Below are positions 27,259 through 36,887 of a DNA stretch of 63,908 nt, piece after piece; position 1 is the stretch's first letter, and each line of letters opens with the position of its first letter. The position numbers and the translations under genes were made by a program. The notes beneath the pieces are model-generated. The model saw only the letters and a list, made by a program, of their open reading frames with translations. It did no database searches and had not been told where the DNA came from. The stretch is from a virus (lineage: Duplodnaviria > Heunggongvirae > Uroviricota > Caudoviricetes). The stretch covers positions 1 to 63,908 of IMG/VR virus record IMGVR_UViG_3300029509_000119, one strand, 5' to 3'.

Positions 27259-27395
27259 CGCGTGGTCTCTTTCTCCCCGTCAGATGGGAGAACGTGTTCC
27301 GCTGCCTCATCCGAACGTTTGGATACGACGCACATGCTCATGATAATCATGCCTAAAAAACATCCGACGAAAAGTCCGAGAATAAACGTTGCCAT
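27255..27395 (-). CDS. Small single-TM protein (DUF3789-like), below ORF-track cutoff
   Basis: MATFILGLFVGCFLGMIIMSMCVVSKRSD...; TTGA overlap with the nuclease start. Confidence 0.6.
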   Translation of the reverse strand: MATFILGLFVGCFLGMIIMSMCVVSKRSDEAAEHVLPSDGEKETTR

Positions 27396-27416
27396 AGTTT
27401 TTCCTTTTCTGAAAGT

Positions 27417-27884
27417 TCAGCCTCGCGCGTTGTAGTCGGCGCACAGGTCGTTCATGGCGTGCAGAAGCTTGTATGTGTAGATGAACGGCCCGACGATGAT
27501 GAGGGAGCCGAGAATATTCCACAGCCAGTAGGTTGTGGCGGTGACGGTGACCGGCAGTCCGCGAGCGGCCTGTTCGACGCCGATACGTCCACTGAGCTTG
27601 TGATACCAGACGAGCCAGCCGATGCCGAAGGTCAGCCAGCCGACGAGGAAGAACATGAGGCAGTAGTGCATGGTGCGTTTGCCGTCACGTCGGGTGGCGA
27701 TGAGGTTCAGGGTTTCACCGACTTCGCTCATCTGCCAGATGTCGTAGATGCCTAATGTGACGAGGCCGAGGAGCACGTATTTGAGCAGGCTGCGTTTGGT
27801 TCGGAGATTGCTCTGCCGGACTGGGGGCTGCTGTGGCGGCTGGCTGATATTCACGTTGACTTGCGGCTGTTGCGGCATGGTCAT
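27417..27884 (-). CDS. DUF4234-like membrane protein
   Basis: RSLLKYVLLGLVTLGIYDIW..WYHK..N pattern. Confidence 0.75.
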   Translation of the reverse strand: MTMPQQPQVNVNISQPPQQPPVRQSNLRTKRSLLKYVLLGLVTLGIYDIWQMSEVGETLNLIATRRDGKRTMHYCLMFFLVGWLTFGIGWLVWYHKLSGRIGVEQAARGLPVTVTATTYWLWNILGSLIIVGPFIYTYKLLHAMNDLCADYNARG

Positions 27885-28050
27885 TTGGATTATCTCCTTG
27901 CTTGTAGGGGAACAGGGAAAGGATTGGGATGAATTTTTCCTTCACCCCAATCCTTTAGCCTCGTTTTGGGTGGAAACTGACTGTAGGCTTCCAACACTTA
28001 TCCTAGGACATCGCAAGGTTGTTTTTATCAAATAACAGGTTTTTAAGATA

Positions 28051-28094
28051 AAACCCCTTGTCAGGAGAGGAATGAGCCTCCTGACAAGGGATTT
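28051..28094 (-). terminator. Terminator of the pilus operon
   Basis: ccttgtcaggag/ctcctgacaagg inverted repeat with flanking T/A runs. Confidence 0.75.
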
Positions 28095-28104
28095 TCGCAC
28101 CATA

Positions 28105-30543
28105 CTACGGGAGTCGAGACAGACGTTTGCGGACAATCCAAACCGCCGCAAGAGCCAACGCCAATCCCGCGCCTATGAAGACAGGCATGAGACTCGCGAC
28201 ACCACCAGTACCCGGCAGCTTATTGGTCAGCACGGGTGGAACATTGCTTGAATCATACGAGGTGACAGGCTTCGCATACTTGGCCTTGTGTGAGACGATT
28301 AACGGAGTGCCGTTCGTGGATGTGACAGCATCCCAGCTCAACGTCGCATTACCATTGGTGGAGTAACCCTTCTTACCGGCGGATGTCGTTCCCGTGTCCG
28401 CGTCACCCGTATCGGGATACGTTCCAGATTGCATGTAATTCAACCTCGCCTTATCGGACAAAGCCACTTCAAACGACACTGAATAAACGGAACCGTCATC
28501 CAGACTGTCAGGAAGGGAAACCTTCACGGTTCTGGACGAACCGTCATACACAGCCGTATAACCGGAATCCATAGGATTACCATCCTTACTGACGGTAATC
28601 CCTGTACCCTTGCCGTCAACCAACCCAACCGGGTCAACCCACTCGGACAGTGGGTCGGAAATGACGGTGTTCCGCATGGTCGTGGACGTCAAAGTACTGG
28701 TATTGGTTTCTTCCGTACCCTTGACGTCAAGTGTCAACTTCTGCTGTCCACTCTTGGAACCGGCTGAGATACGCTTATGCATGTCCTTGAACTCCATAGA
28801 CGGGGCAACCCTTTTCCAACCTGCCTTCAACGTGATGTCCTGAGTGACTGGCGTAGCGAAATCGTATTTCACACCATTCAGATACCAGCCGGCGAACGTC
28901 CAACTGTCACGCGTCGGAGCCGTAGGCTCTTTGGCTTTGCCTTTGTCGTCCACGGTCTGCGGGGCGATGGCATTGCCGCCGTTCGTGTCGAACGTGACCG
29001 TATGCGAAGTGACCTGCCATTGGGCGTACAGTGTGGTGTTTGCGGTGAACGATGCGGTGTCTCCCGCTTTCATGTTCTGTCCTGTGCCGTCTGCCCGGGT
29101 GTTCCATCCTGTGAATTGGTATCCGCTGCGCGTGAACGTGCTTGTGGCGACTGGTTCGCACGTCTTTGTCGCGTTCATGCTGCCGGTGCCGCCGTTCGCG
29201 TTATAGGTGATGACGTGCGATATGAGGGCGATGACGTTATTGATTTCCTTGTCCGCGGTGCCTCGAACACTGACCCCACCATCAGTCTGCTGGTATACCG
29301 TGCCATCTGACTGGTTGGACAGACCTACGAACGCGTATTCACTGGGATAAGGGTACTCTAAGCCCCAACTGGAGAGTACCACGCTCCACGTCGCATGGTC
29401 TTTGAGTGCTCCAATAACGTTCGTATACGCTTTTACCGGCTGGTTGGTATTAGCATCAACATAGGTCACGTTCACGATATGTTTGGCTTTTACCAGCAAC
29501 TTCTGCTCAAGCACCTTACCCAACATACTATCATCCGTATTGATGGTCCAATAATCTGGGTTTACAAACTCGGTGGGATTATGTTTGAGGTACGAACTGT
29601 TAGGGTCCACTCCGACGTAATCGTATTTTAAGTGGGCGTCTCCTGTCACGTTTGGCCATGCACGTTCAATCTTTTGAACATTCAACGTTCCATTGGATGG
29701 AGATTGCCCCCGCATCATTATAGCACCATGGAGTAAATCTGAGACATCCTCACCGGAGACGATGTCAATGAGCTTAGGTCTATAAGTGACTAGCGTAGGG
29801 GTCGATTCGGAAACGGTAGGGCTAGTAGTGTCCAACCATGAGATAATGCCTTGAGCGGCCATGGCATGACCTGCGGCGTTGATATGGATGCTGTCAGCCA
29901 AATATTCTTGACGGCCTACAAGCATTCCAAGGTCATCGTCCATGTCCATGACAGTCCACCCTTGATTTTTGAGACCTTCGGAAACGTATCGACCGACCTT
30001 GACGATATTGGCGAACTTGGCATTATTCTTCTGGACAGTTCCCCATACGGCGACCTGTGGAATGTAGGCAATCTGCGCGTCGGGGAACGCCCTCCGCAGT
30101 TTCGCATAGTAGGGTTCGGCCGTGTCGGTTATCTGCTGTGCGACGTTTCTGACCTGCGCGTCGGTACTGTTGGCGGTAATGTTGGGACAGTCGTTGTATA
30201 CGCCTTGTCCGATGATTCGACGCACGTTTTTTCCTGAATATTGTCCGATGAGCTTGTCGATTTGCACGCCGAAACGATTGTTGCCACCCGTCCAATGTGC
30301 GCCACTCACGGCCACATTGACTTCGGTGGCGTTGTCGGCGTCCGACACGAGCTTGCTGAAGCGTTTCTCTGACCGTACCGCATCGCCTTCAATACCCTGA
30401 CCATACATTTGGCTGTCACCGAACCACAGGTCGTAAGTATTATTGTCGGCAGCGTTCGCCGTCCCGGTAACGCCTCCGGCGAGCAGACCTACGGCGAGCA
30501 TTGCGGCAGTGACACCGCGTAAGAGTTTTTTGAATCTGTCCAT
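28105..30543 (-). CDS. LPXTG ancillary pilin/surface protein with SGNH hydrolase and InlB-B repeats
   Basis: FGDSQ, G, GVYND, DSIH; FDTNGG..F.GW repeats; LPGTG+TM. Confidence 0.8.
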   Translation of the reverse strand: MDRFKKLLRGVTAAMLAVGLLAGGVTGTANAADNNTYDLWFGDSQMYGQGIEGDAVRSEKRFSKLVSDADNATEVNVAVSGAHWTGGNNRFGVQIDKLIGQYSGKNVRRIIGQGVYNDCPNITANSTDAQVRNVAQQITDTAEPYYAKLRRAFPDAQIAYIPQVAVWGTVQKNNAKFANIVKVGRYVSEGLKNQGWTVMDMDDDLGMLVGRQEYLADSIHINAAGHAMAAQGIISWLDTTSPTVSESTPTLVTYRPKLIDIVSGEDVSDLLHGAIMMRGQSPSNGTLNVQKIERAWPNVTGDAHLKYDYVGVDPNSSYLKHNPTEFVNPDYWTINTDDSMLGKVLEQKLLVKAKHIVNVTYVDANTNQPVKAYTNVIGALKDHATWSVVLSSWGLEYPYPSEYAFVGLSNQSDGTVYQQTDGGVSVRGTADKEINNVIALISHVITYNANGGTGSMNATKTCEPVATSTFTRSGYQFTGWNTRADGTGQNMKAGDTASFTANTTLYAQWQVTSHTVTFDTNGGNAIAPQTVDDKGKAKEPTAPTRDSWTFAGWYLNGVKYDFATPVTQDITLKAGWKRVAPSMEFKDMHKRISAGSKSGQQKLTLDVKGTEETNTSTLTSTTMRNTVISDPLSEWVDPVGLVDGKGTGITVSKDGNPMDSGYTAVYDGSSRTVKVSLPDSLDDGSVYSVSFEVALSDKARLNYMQSGTYPDTGDADTGTTSAGKKGYSTNGNATLSWDAVTSTNGTPLIVSHKAKYAKPVTSYDSSNVPPVLTNKLPGTGGVASLMPVFIGAGLALALAAVWIVRKRLSRLP

Positions 30544-30544
30544 G

Positions 30545-31468
30545 TTAATGTGCGAATCCTTTCATGTGGAGTCCTTGAACGTGTTTTTCGGGTGGTATGA
30601 GTGAGCAGCCTATGAACATGACGGTCAGACTGGTGCCTGCGCCGACAAGTAGCGGCTTGCGGTCTTTTGGCGCGTCCTCCACGTTGGGTGCATCGTCCGG
30701 CATGGATACTCGCTTTCCGGTGACGAGCAGTCGGCGCGTGTTCACACCATAAGGAGTGCAGGTTAGCAAGGTCGCCAAGTCCTTGCCTTGTTCTATGCGT
30801 ACGAGGCTAGTGTCGGACGGGTCAGTTTCTTGAACCCGCGTCACCTTGTAGGCGAGGGTGCCACCTGCGACGTTCAGATAGAACACGTCGCCTTTCTTCA
30901 GTTCATCCAATCGGGTGAACAGCTCCTTGTCGGGCACGCCCCTGTGGGCGGTGATGACCGTATGCGTGTCTTTCCCACCCACGGGCAGCGACGTGCCATA
31001 CAGGTGGCCCGCTCCGTTCGCCAACGCCGCCTCGTCGGAGCCGTGCCTGATGGGCAGAGTCACGCCGATGCGGGGGATGCGTATGGTTCCCATGACGCCT
31101 TGCGGTCCCTTGAGCGTGTTCCAGTAGGTCTTGTCCGTTTTGGCGGCGAAGTCCGGTTCGGACGTCCTCCCGTCCACGACGGCCCCTATCGCATGCTGGT
31201 TGGACTTGTAGAGCGTCCGGTTGTAGGCGTGGGCTTGAGCGAGGGCGTGCCGCTGTTCGGCAGGCGTCCACCGTTCCATGGCACGTTCCTGCCTTTCGGC
31301 CTGCGCGGCCGCGTGCGAGGAGTTGACGCCTTGGACGATGAGGACGCCCGTCAACGGGACGAGGCCGAGGATAAGGCAGGTGACCGCCGCTGCGAGTAGT
31401 CTGCGGCTCCGGCGTGCCCGGATGCGTAGACTACGCCGTGTGGGAGCGGTTTCAGCGGCGGTCGTCAC
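30545..31468 (-). CDS. Class C (pilus) sortase
   Basis: GAGHLYGTSLPVGG, ITAHRG, TLLTCTPYGVN..RLLV. Confidence 0.93.
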   Translation of the reverse strand: MTTAAETAPTRRSLRIRARRSRRLLAAAVTCLILGLVPLTGVLIVQGVNSSHAAAQAERQERAMERWTPAEQRHALAQAHAYNRTLYKSNQHAIGAVVDGRTSEPDFAAKTDKTYWNTLKGPQGVMGTIRIPRIGVTLPIRHGSDEAALANGAGHLYGTSLPVGGKDTHTVITAHRGVPDKELFTRLDELKKGDVFYLNVAGGTLAYKVTRVQETDPSDTSLVRIEQGKDLATLLTCTPYGVNTRRLLVTGKRVSMPDDAPNVEDAPKDRKPLLVGAGTSLTVMFIGCSLIPPEKHVQGLHMKGFAH

Positions 31469-31482
31469 GCGTCCCTCTCCTC

Positions 31483-32973
31483 TCAGTCGGCCCGCTTCTG
31501 ACGCTTGTAGGCGATGGCGCAGCCAGCGCCGATGACAGCCATGACGGTGGCGGCGGAGCCCATCAGGAGGAGTCCGCCCTGACCGGTCTTAGCGAGGCCG
31601 TTGACGGTCGGGTTGTTCTTCACTTGGGCACTGTCGCCGTCAAGGGCGGAGACGAGACTGTTGCCGCTAAACGTGGTCTTGCCATTGCTCACATTCGCAT
31701 CGAAGGTGAACGTTCCGGCCAGATAATGGTCGGCTGGAGCCGTCACTTCCTTGATGGTGTAGGTGCCGTTGCCTAGTCCTGTGAAGTTGGTCTTGCCCTG
31801 AGCGTCGGTAGCGAACACGGTCGCGTCAGCCTCGCCGGACGCGTCTGACCATAAGCCGCCATCGGTCTGCTTGAGCCATGCGCCGCCCTTCTTTTGAATC
31901 TTGAACTGCGCTCCCTGCAATTTGGTGCCGGTGGATAGGGCGTCAACCTTGGTCAGGTCGAAGTCATACGCATTGACGGTGCTGGTGTCCTTGCCGCCGC
32001 CGTTGTCCGGGGTGATGGTGTTGCCGTTCGCGTCGGTGCCGGACACTTGAGCGTCGTTAGTAGTGGTCTTCGCTGTGGTTTTCGCATGATAGGAGATGAC
32101 GAGCGTCTTGCCTTTGTTGGCGGCAAGCAGATTGGTCAAATCGACGGTGAAGCTTGTCTTGTTGGTTGCCACGGTCGGATTGATGGCTACGGTCTTGCCG
32201 TCAATGGTGGCGGTCGGCGTGTCGGTGATGGTGCCGCCCGTCAACGTATCCTGATATTTCAGTGTTTTCACGTTCGCCGGGTCGGGCATCGGAACAGTGA
32301 CCTCGTAGCCAATGACACTGCCGACCGAAGCGGAACCATCATCCGTCGGAGCACTGTTGCCGACTTTGACTTTCTTGTCCACGTTCAGGCTGGTGGACTT
32401 GATGTCGATGACGCCCAGAGTGCCGCCATTCTTCATGGCAGTTGCGGTCTGGTTTCCGGACTTGATTTGAGTGCCGACCAGCATTGGCAGACCCTTGCTG
32501 TCTGTGATGAGATACCAGCCCTCGGTCACGTTCAACGTGGCGGAGGAACCCTTGCCATCGGTCGCTGCGGTCTGTGTCAAACCTGCTTCCGCGAGGGCCT
32601 TGGCGAAAGCCTGTACCTTGGCGGAACTGCTTTCGCGGGCGACCGCGTCGGCGGGGTCTTGACCGTTGGCGACGGTGATTCCTGCGGTCTGGGCAGCAGA
32701 AGCAATCTTGGCTTTCACTGCGGATTCGGAGGATACGGTGGCAGTGGCCTTGCCGCCTGTGATGGTGACGTTGCCGAAGGACGCGAGCTTGTAGGCGGTG
32801 AAATGATGGCCATCCACTTTGCCGTTCACGGTGATGGTGGTGTTGTCAGTCGGTACGGCGAATGCGGATTCAGCCATCATGGCAGGAACGAGTCCTCCTG
32901 CGAGCAGGACGGTGGCCAGAGTGGATGGGATTGCGATTTTGGCGAGTCGTTTGGCTTGGTTCATTGTGTGCAC
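31483..32973 (-). CDS. Major (backbone) pilin
   Basis: Signal peptide, isopeptide D2-like domain, KLQGAQF, E-box YTIKEVTAP, LAKTG. Confidence 0.88.
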   Translation of the reverse strand: MHTMNQAKRLAKIAIPSTLATVLLAGGLVPAMMAESAFAVPTDNTTITVNGKVDGHHFTAYKLASFGNVTITGGKATATVSSESAVKAKIASAAQTAGITVANGQDPADAVARESSSAKVQAFAKALAEAGLTQTAATDGKGSSATLNVTEGWYLITDSKGLPMLVGTQIKSGNQTATAMKNGGTLGVIDIKSTSLNVDKKVKVGNSAPTDDGSASVGSVIGYEVTVPMPDPANVKTLKYQDTLTGGTITDTPTATIDGKTVAINPTVATNKTSFTVDLTNLLAANKGKTLVISYHAKTTAKTTTNDAQVSGTDANGNTITPDNGGGKDTSTVNAYDFDLTKVDALSTGTKLQGAQFKIQKKGGAWLKQTDGGLWSDASGEADATVFATDAQGKTNFTGLGNGTYTIKEVTAPADHYLAGTFTFDANVSNGKTTFSGNSLVSALDGDSAQVKNNPTVNGLAKTGQGGLLLMGSAATVMAVIGAGCAIAYKRQKRAD

Positions 32974-33092
32974 TTTCTCCCATAACGGGTTTTGTTCCTC
33001 CTGTGGAGGGGTTTAGTACACATGGTAGAGGTTGATAGCGGCTCGTTTTTTTTTTTCGGGAAATTGGTTGAGATTTTTTTAAAAGGGGGGCG

Positions 33093-33542
33093 CTAGTAGG
33101 TGACGGCGCTTCCCGCGATTACAGCGAACACTATGAGCAGAATCCATAGAACCACGGTGGAGATGACCGATACTAGCGCTCCCATTCCCGCCTGTTTCGC
33201 GCTGACTGGCTTCTCCGACTTCCAGACGAGGAAGAGGATGAGGCCGACGATAGGGAAGAAGAATCCCAGCACCGCCCATCCGAACGAGCCGGTGTCGGCG
33301 GGTTGCTGTCCCATGTAGGGTTGCTGTCCGTACTGGGATTGCACGTATTGCGGTTGCTGGTATTGGGATTGTCCGTATTGCGGCGTCTGCGCGTACTGTT
33401 GGCTGTCCACGTAAGGATTGGACTGTGGTTGCGCGTACTGGGATTGCGCGTACTGGGATTGCGCGTACGCCTGCTGCTGCCCGTATTGCGGCGGCTGGTT
33501 CTGCGGCGGATACGGTTGCGGATTGTAGTTCTGGTCGCTCAC
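33093..33542 (-). CDS. Membrane protein with Q/Y/P-rich N-terminal repeats
   Basis: YAQSQ repeats; GWAVLGFFFPIVGLILFLVW. Confidence 0.8.
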   Translation of the reverse strand: MSDQNYNPQPYPPQNQPPQYGQQQAYAQSQYAQSQYAQPQSNPYVDSQQYAQTPQYGQSQYQQPQYVQSQYGQQPYMGQQPADTGSFGWAVLGFFFPIVGLILFLVWKSEKPVSAKQAGMGALVSVISTVVLWILLIVFAVIAGSAVTY

Positions 33543-33682
33543 GGTTAATGCCTTTCGGTTTGGCTCTGTTAAACCAACTTTGACATATGAACGAGGGGCG
33601 CTTATTCGAGAAGAAGTCCAGACCTTCAGTCTCTGGCCGTTATTATTAAATGGTTATCGATACTCTAAAGCCAGAGGTGTCC

Positions 33683-34375
33683 ATGTCCAACATCAATGTT
33701 CAGGTTGCGGAAGTTAATGACGCATTCTTCAATCCGCGCCTTGCTGACAACCCATGCGTAAGCAGATACAATCTCAGAAAAGCTGACTTCGCCAATACGA
33801 TGACAGACATCTATGAGTTCATGGGTGATCTGAATGTGATGAGCGTCGAACGTGGGTGGGGGCGATTCGAAGATATGCTTCAGCTTCAGGCACTGTCCAA
33901 CGTTCTTTCAAACCTTCTTAACAGCACCATGGCGAAACATTCACGAGAACTTGTGGTCAATACTCTTCCAAACGGGCATCCAGATCTTATCCGAACCGGT
34001 ATTTATCCAAACAATCTTGTGGCGGAAGCCGAAGATGGCGTTGAAATGAAAGCCACCAGAAACACCGGAGCAGCCGTTGACATGCATAGTGCAAGAGAAC
34101 AGGACCTCTGCACGTTTGTATATCAGGTTGACGAACGACGAGATGACCCCGGTGTGCCAATCGCCGAAAGACAACCCCTCACCTTCACCGGAATATTCCT
34201 CGGACATGTCACCGAAGAGGACTATAGGCATAATGAGCGTGGAGAGCGTGGCACACGAACGGCCACACTTTCCAAGGATGGATTATCCTCCTATAGACGT
34301 AGCTGGGTCTATCTCACCAACGAGTTACGCGGAACGATATGGGCAAGACGCAGTCTCAATCTTCCAATGCTGTGA
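33683..34375 (+). CDS. Putative type II restriction endonuclease (PD-(D/E)xK)
   Basis: HPDLI...GVEMKAT; convergent with and overlapping the MTase; lower GC. Confidence 0.7.
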   Translation: MSNINVQVAEVNDAFFNPRLADNPCVSRYNLRKADFANTMTDIYEFMGDLNVMSVERGWGRFEDMLQLQALSNVLSNLLNSTMAKHSRELVVNTLPNGHPDLIRTGIYPNNLVAEAEDGVEMKATRNTGAAVDMHSAREQDLCTFVYQVDERRDDPGVPIAERQPLTFTGIFLGHVTEEDYRHNERGERGTRTATLSKDGLSSYRRSWVYLTNELRGTIWARRSLNLPML

Positions 34376-35444
34376 GTTTAGGAATCGCATTGCAGGCAAG
34401 ATTGTAGTATTCGGAGTCTCGTTCAATGCCAAGGCTTGAATACCCCAATGATTCAGCAGCGGCTAATGTGGAGCCCGAACCGGCAAAGGGATCAAGGATC
34501 ATGCCCATTCCTAGTGGCAGTGCTGCTCTGACTATTTGTCTCATCAGCTTCTGCGGTTTCAAAGACGGATGGTTGGCTATGGCCCGCTCTTCCTTGCGGG
34601 TCGGAGCCGACTTGATGACATCTCCAAATGGGTGATCGTCATCGATACGCCGCCAGCCGCCGGTACCATATTCGGCAAGATTGCGACCGGTTGTTTCATC
34701 CATTGGCTTGCGCATGATCACCCAAGGTTCAAATTGAGAACGAGGCATCACGCTTACATCCGGATATTCAGACTCAAATCCCTTTGGACGATCGCCCCCT
34801 CTCATGGTCTGGACCAATCGCACGAGCTGTCCTCGCGGTTCCAACCCGGCGGATTCCAAGGCCCCCGCTACAAGATGGCTCACAAGCGGATTTGTTGCCA
34901 CGACGATGTTTGCGCCGGGGACAAGTACACGCAAAGCCTGTTCTCCGAACCTTCCGAAGAACTCGACTATCTTCTCTCGGTCAGCGTTCGTCAAAGTCGT
35001 AAATCGAGGCAGGGGGCTTCTTTTCGCGCCATCAAAGGATGGCGGAATCCGCCATACGCCTCCCTGCCCCTTGCGCAGTTTTGAAACTTGGCTCTTTTTG
35101 TACTCAACCAGTCCGTAAGGGGGATCTGTCACGATGGCCTGTATGGAAGATTCCTCAAGAGAAGCCATCACTGCGAATGCATCGCCCTGTATGAGAGTCG
35201 CCTTACCATATTCGAACCTAGACGTCGACTGACGGCTCATGGCATATAAGCCACGAGATACACGAACGATACCGCTGTCTGGCTTCTTGGCCTGCAATCG
35301 CAGTGACGAACGGATGCTGGACGATTCAAATGTTTCATTGAAAGAGTCCGCGATTCGGCACTCTATCTCAGTGACCGTCAAGGGAGCCTCCGATTGCGCC
35401 AATATGTTCGTAATGGCATCCCGAACCTGTCCAGGCTTCCGCAC
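34356..35444 (-). CDS. Beta-class N4C/N6A DNA methyltransferase with N-terminal winged HTH
   Basis: VTDPPY precedes HPSLKP and LDPFAGSGST. Confidence 0.92.
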   Translation of the reverse strand: MRKPGQVRDAITNILAQSEAPLTVTEIECRIADSFNETFESSSIRSSLRLQAKKPDSGIVRVSRGLYAMSRQSTSRFEYGKATLIQGDAFAVMASLEESSIQAIVTDPPYGLVEYKKSQVSKLRKGQGGVWRIPPSFDGAKRSPLPRFTTLTNADREKIVEFFGRFGEQALRVLVPGANIVVATNPLVSHLVAGALESAGLEPRGQLVRLVQTMRGGDRPKGFESEYPDVSVMPRSQFEPWVIMRKPMDETTGRNLAEYGTGGWRRIDDDHPFGDVIKSAPTRKEERAIANHPSLKPQKLMRQIVRAALPLGMGMILDPFAGSGSTLAAAESLGYSSLGIERDSEYYNLACNAIPKLTALED

Positions 35445-35514
35445 TTTTACCTCCTTGACGACGTCTAGACGTCATTATAGCACCAAAAGACGTCACATGA
35501 TTGGCAAAATACGG

Positions 35515-35694
35515 CTAGTCTTCCCCTCTTGGCTGAGCCTTAAGTTCGAATGGCATCCCGTTTTCGCGTACTACGGCTTTGAGGAAGATGGTGACGGCTC
35601 CGGTCATGTTCAGCCCCAATGGCTCCAGCACCTTCATGGCCTGGTCCTTGAGTTCGGGGTCGAGGCGCATGGTCGTGGTGGGCGTGTTCGCCAT
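35515..35694 (-). CDS. RelB/DinJ-family antitoxin (no cognate toxin seen)
   Basis: TMRLDPELK..A..VL..LGL.MT.AV.IFL..VV.ENGMPF. Confidence 0.85.
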   Translation of the reverse strand: MANTPTTTMRLDPELKDQAMKVLEPLGLNMTGAVTIFLKAVVRENGMPFELKAQPRGED

Positions 35695-35744
35695 GCCGTT
35701 CCCCCTTTCCCTGCAATATCGGATATGTACAGTGTACTTGCAAT

Positions 35745-36776
35745 CTATGCCGCCATGCCCCAATACTCCATGTACGGCGGCATGATGCCGTTCCAGTCGC
35801 GGGTCACACCGGGGCATGGTTGCGCGTCCACCTGCCTGATGATGCTATCGTTTCGGTCGTCACGGAACGAGCGTCGCCACAGGAACCACGTCAGATAGGA
35901 TTGCAGATGCTTCGTGGACACGCCCTTGAATCCGTGAAGGAACCCGTCGAGGTTCGAGTGGAGCGTGTTGATCCGGTTGATGCGATGTGACTTCGCGTCC
36001 ACTTGCTCGAACACGGTGCCCAACGCCTCCAATGCTCCCGGATAGGCCGCCGCGGTGTCCGCCATGACGTGCGCTCCGTGCAGTATCCGGCCGTCCAACG
36101 CCTCGATTGCGCGTTGTTTGGAGATGACGCCGCGCCCGCTCAGTATGGCGAACGCCGTATCGGAATCGCTCACGCCGGTCATGATGCAGATCTGCTCCCT
36201 GCCAAGCCCGCGCTTGTGCAGGGAGGCTCCGCGATGGCGAGCGGTACGCGGCATGACGAACTTGCCCTTGGTGTGGTTGCCCTTGAAGCTCTCGCGCAGA
36301 TACGTCTCGTCCAACTGGACGGATACGCCCGCACCGGCCACGAACTTCGGCAGATACCGTTCGAGGCATTTCAACAGACGGCGGCGCATGAGCCACGCGG
36401 TACGCAACGACACCTCGCAACGCGACGCGCAAGTACGCAATGCGAGACAATCCACGAAGCATTCCACGTACATCATCCACTTGGCGACCGGCAGCTTCGA
36501 CCGACCGATCAGGGTATCCCGCGTCTTGGAGAACGTGCGCCGGCAGTCTCTGCACTGCCAACGCTGGGAGCCGTCCGGATTATGCCCCTTCCTTACGATG
36601 CCGATGGAACCGCAGCGCGGACATGCTAAGACATCGTCACGGCTGGCGATGGTCTCGTAGGCATCCTCGTAGATGACCTCACGTAATTCGCGCACCGCGC
36701 TCTCACGCTCGACCGGATTCATGCCCTTGAGCTGAATGCGTACCTCGTCCGCTAGCCTCATCGCCACCACCTCCAA
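35745..36776 (-). CDS. IS1595-family DDE transposase
   Basis: CPRCG..CRDC zinc ribbon, VQLDETY, D, NRINTLHS, FKGVSTKHL..YL.WF. Confidence 0.93.
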   Translation of the reverse strand: MEVVAMRLADEVRIQLKGMNPVERESAVRELREVIYEDAYETIASRDDVLACPRCGSIGIVRKGHNPDGSQRWQCRDCRRTFSKTRDTLIGRSKLPVAKWMMYVECFVDCLALRTCASRCEVSLRTAWLMRRRLLKCLERYLPKFVAGAGVSVQLDETYLRESFKGNHTKGKFVMPRTARHRGASLHKRGLGREQICIMTGVSDSDTAFAILSGRGVISKQRAIEALDGRILHGAHVMADTAAAYPGALEALGTVFEQVDAKSHRINRINTLHSNLDGFLHGFKGVSTKHLQSYLTWFLWRRSFRDDRNDSIIRQVDAQPCPGVTRDWNGIMPPYMEYWGMAA

Positions 36777-36887
36777 TACTGTAACCTCAGTGTAACTACA
36801 GTACTGGACGTAGAACCTATGTCAAAGCTGGTTTAACAGAGCCTTCGGTTTAGAGGTAGATGTTTTCTGGATTAGGGTATATTTTGT

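Larger units (their letters stand above)
33562..36843 (-). mobile_element. IS1595-family transporter element carrying an R-M pair and a RelB-like antitoxin
   Basis: 26-bp TIRs ggctctgttaaacca(a/g)ctttgacata at 33562-33587 and 36818-36843; 8-bp TSD ttcggttt at 33554-33561 and 36844-36851. Confidence 0.93.

Noticed and set aside
33046..33056. T11 tract upstream of the pilus operon as a phase-variation switch
   Set aside because: Its position relative to promoter elements is unclear and a single sequence shows no length variation.
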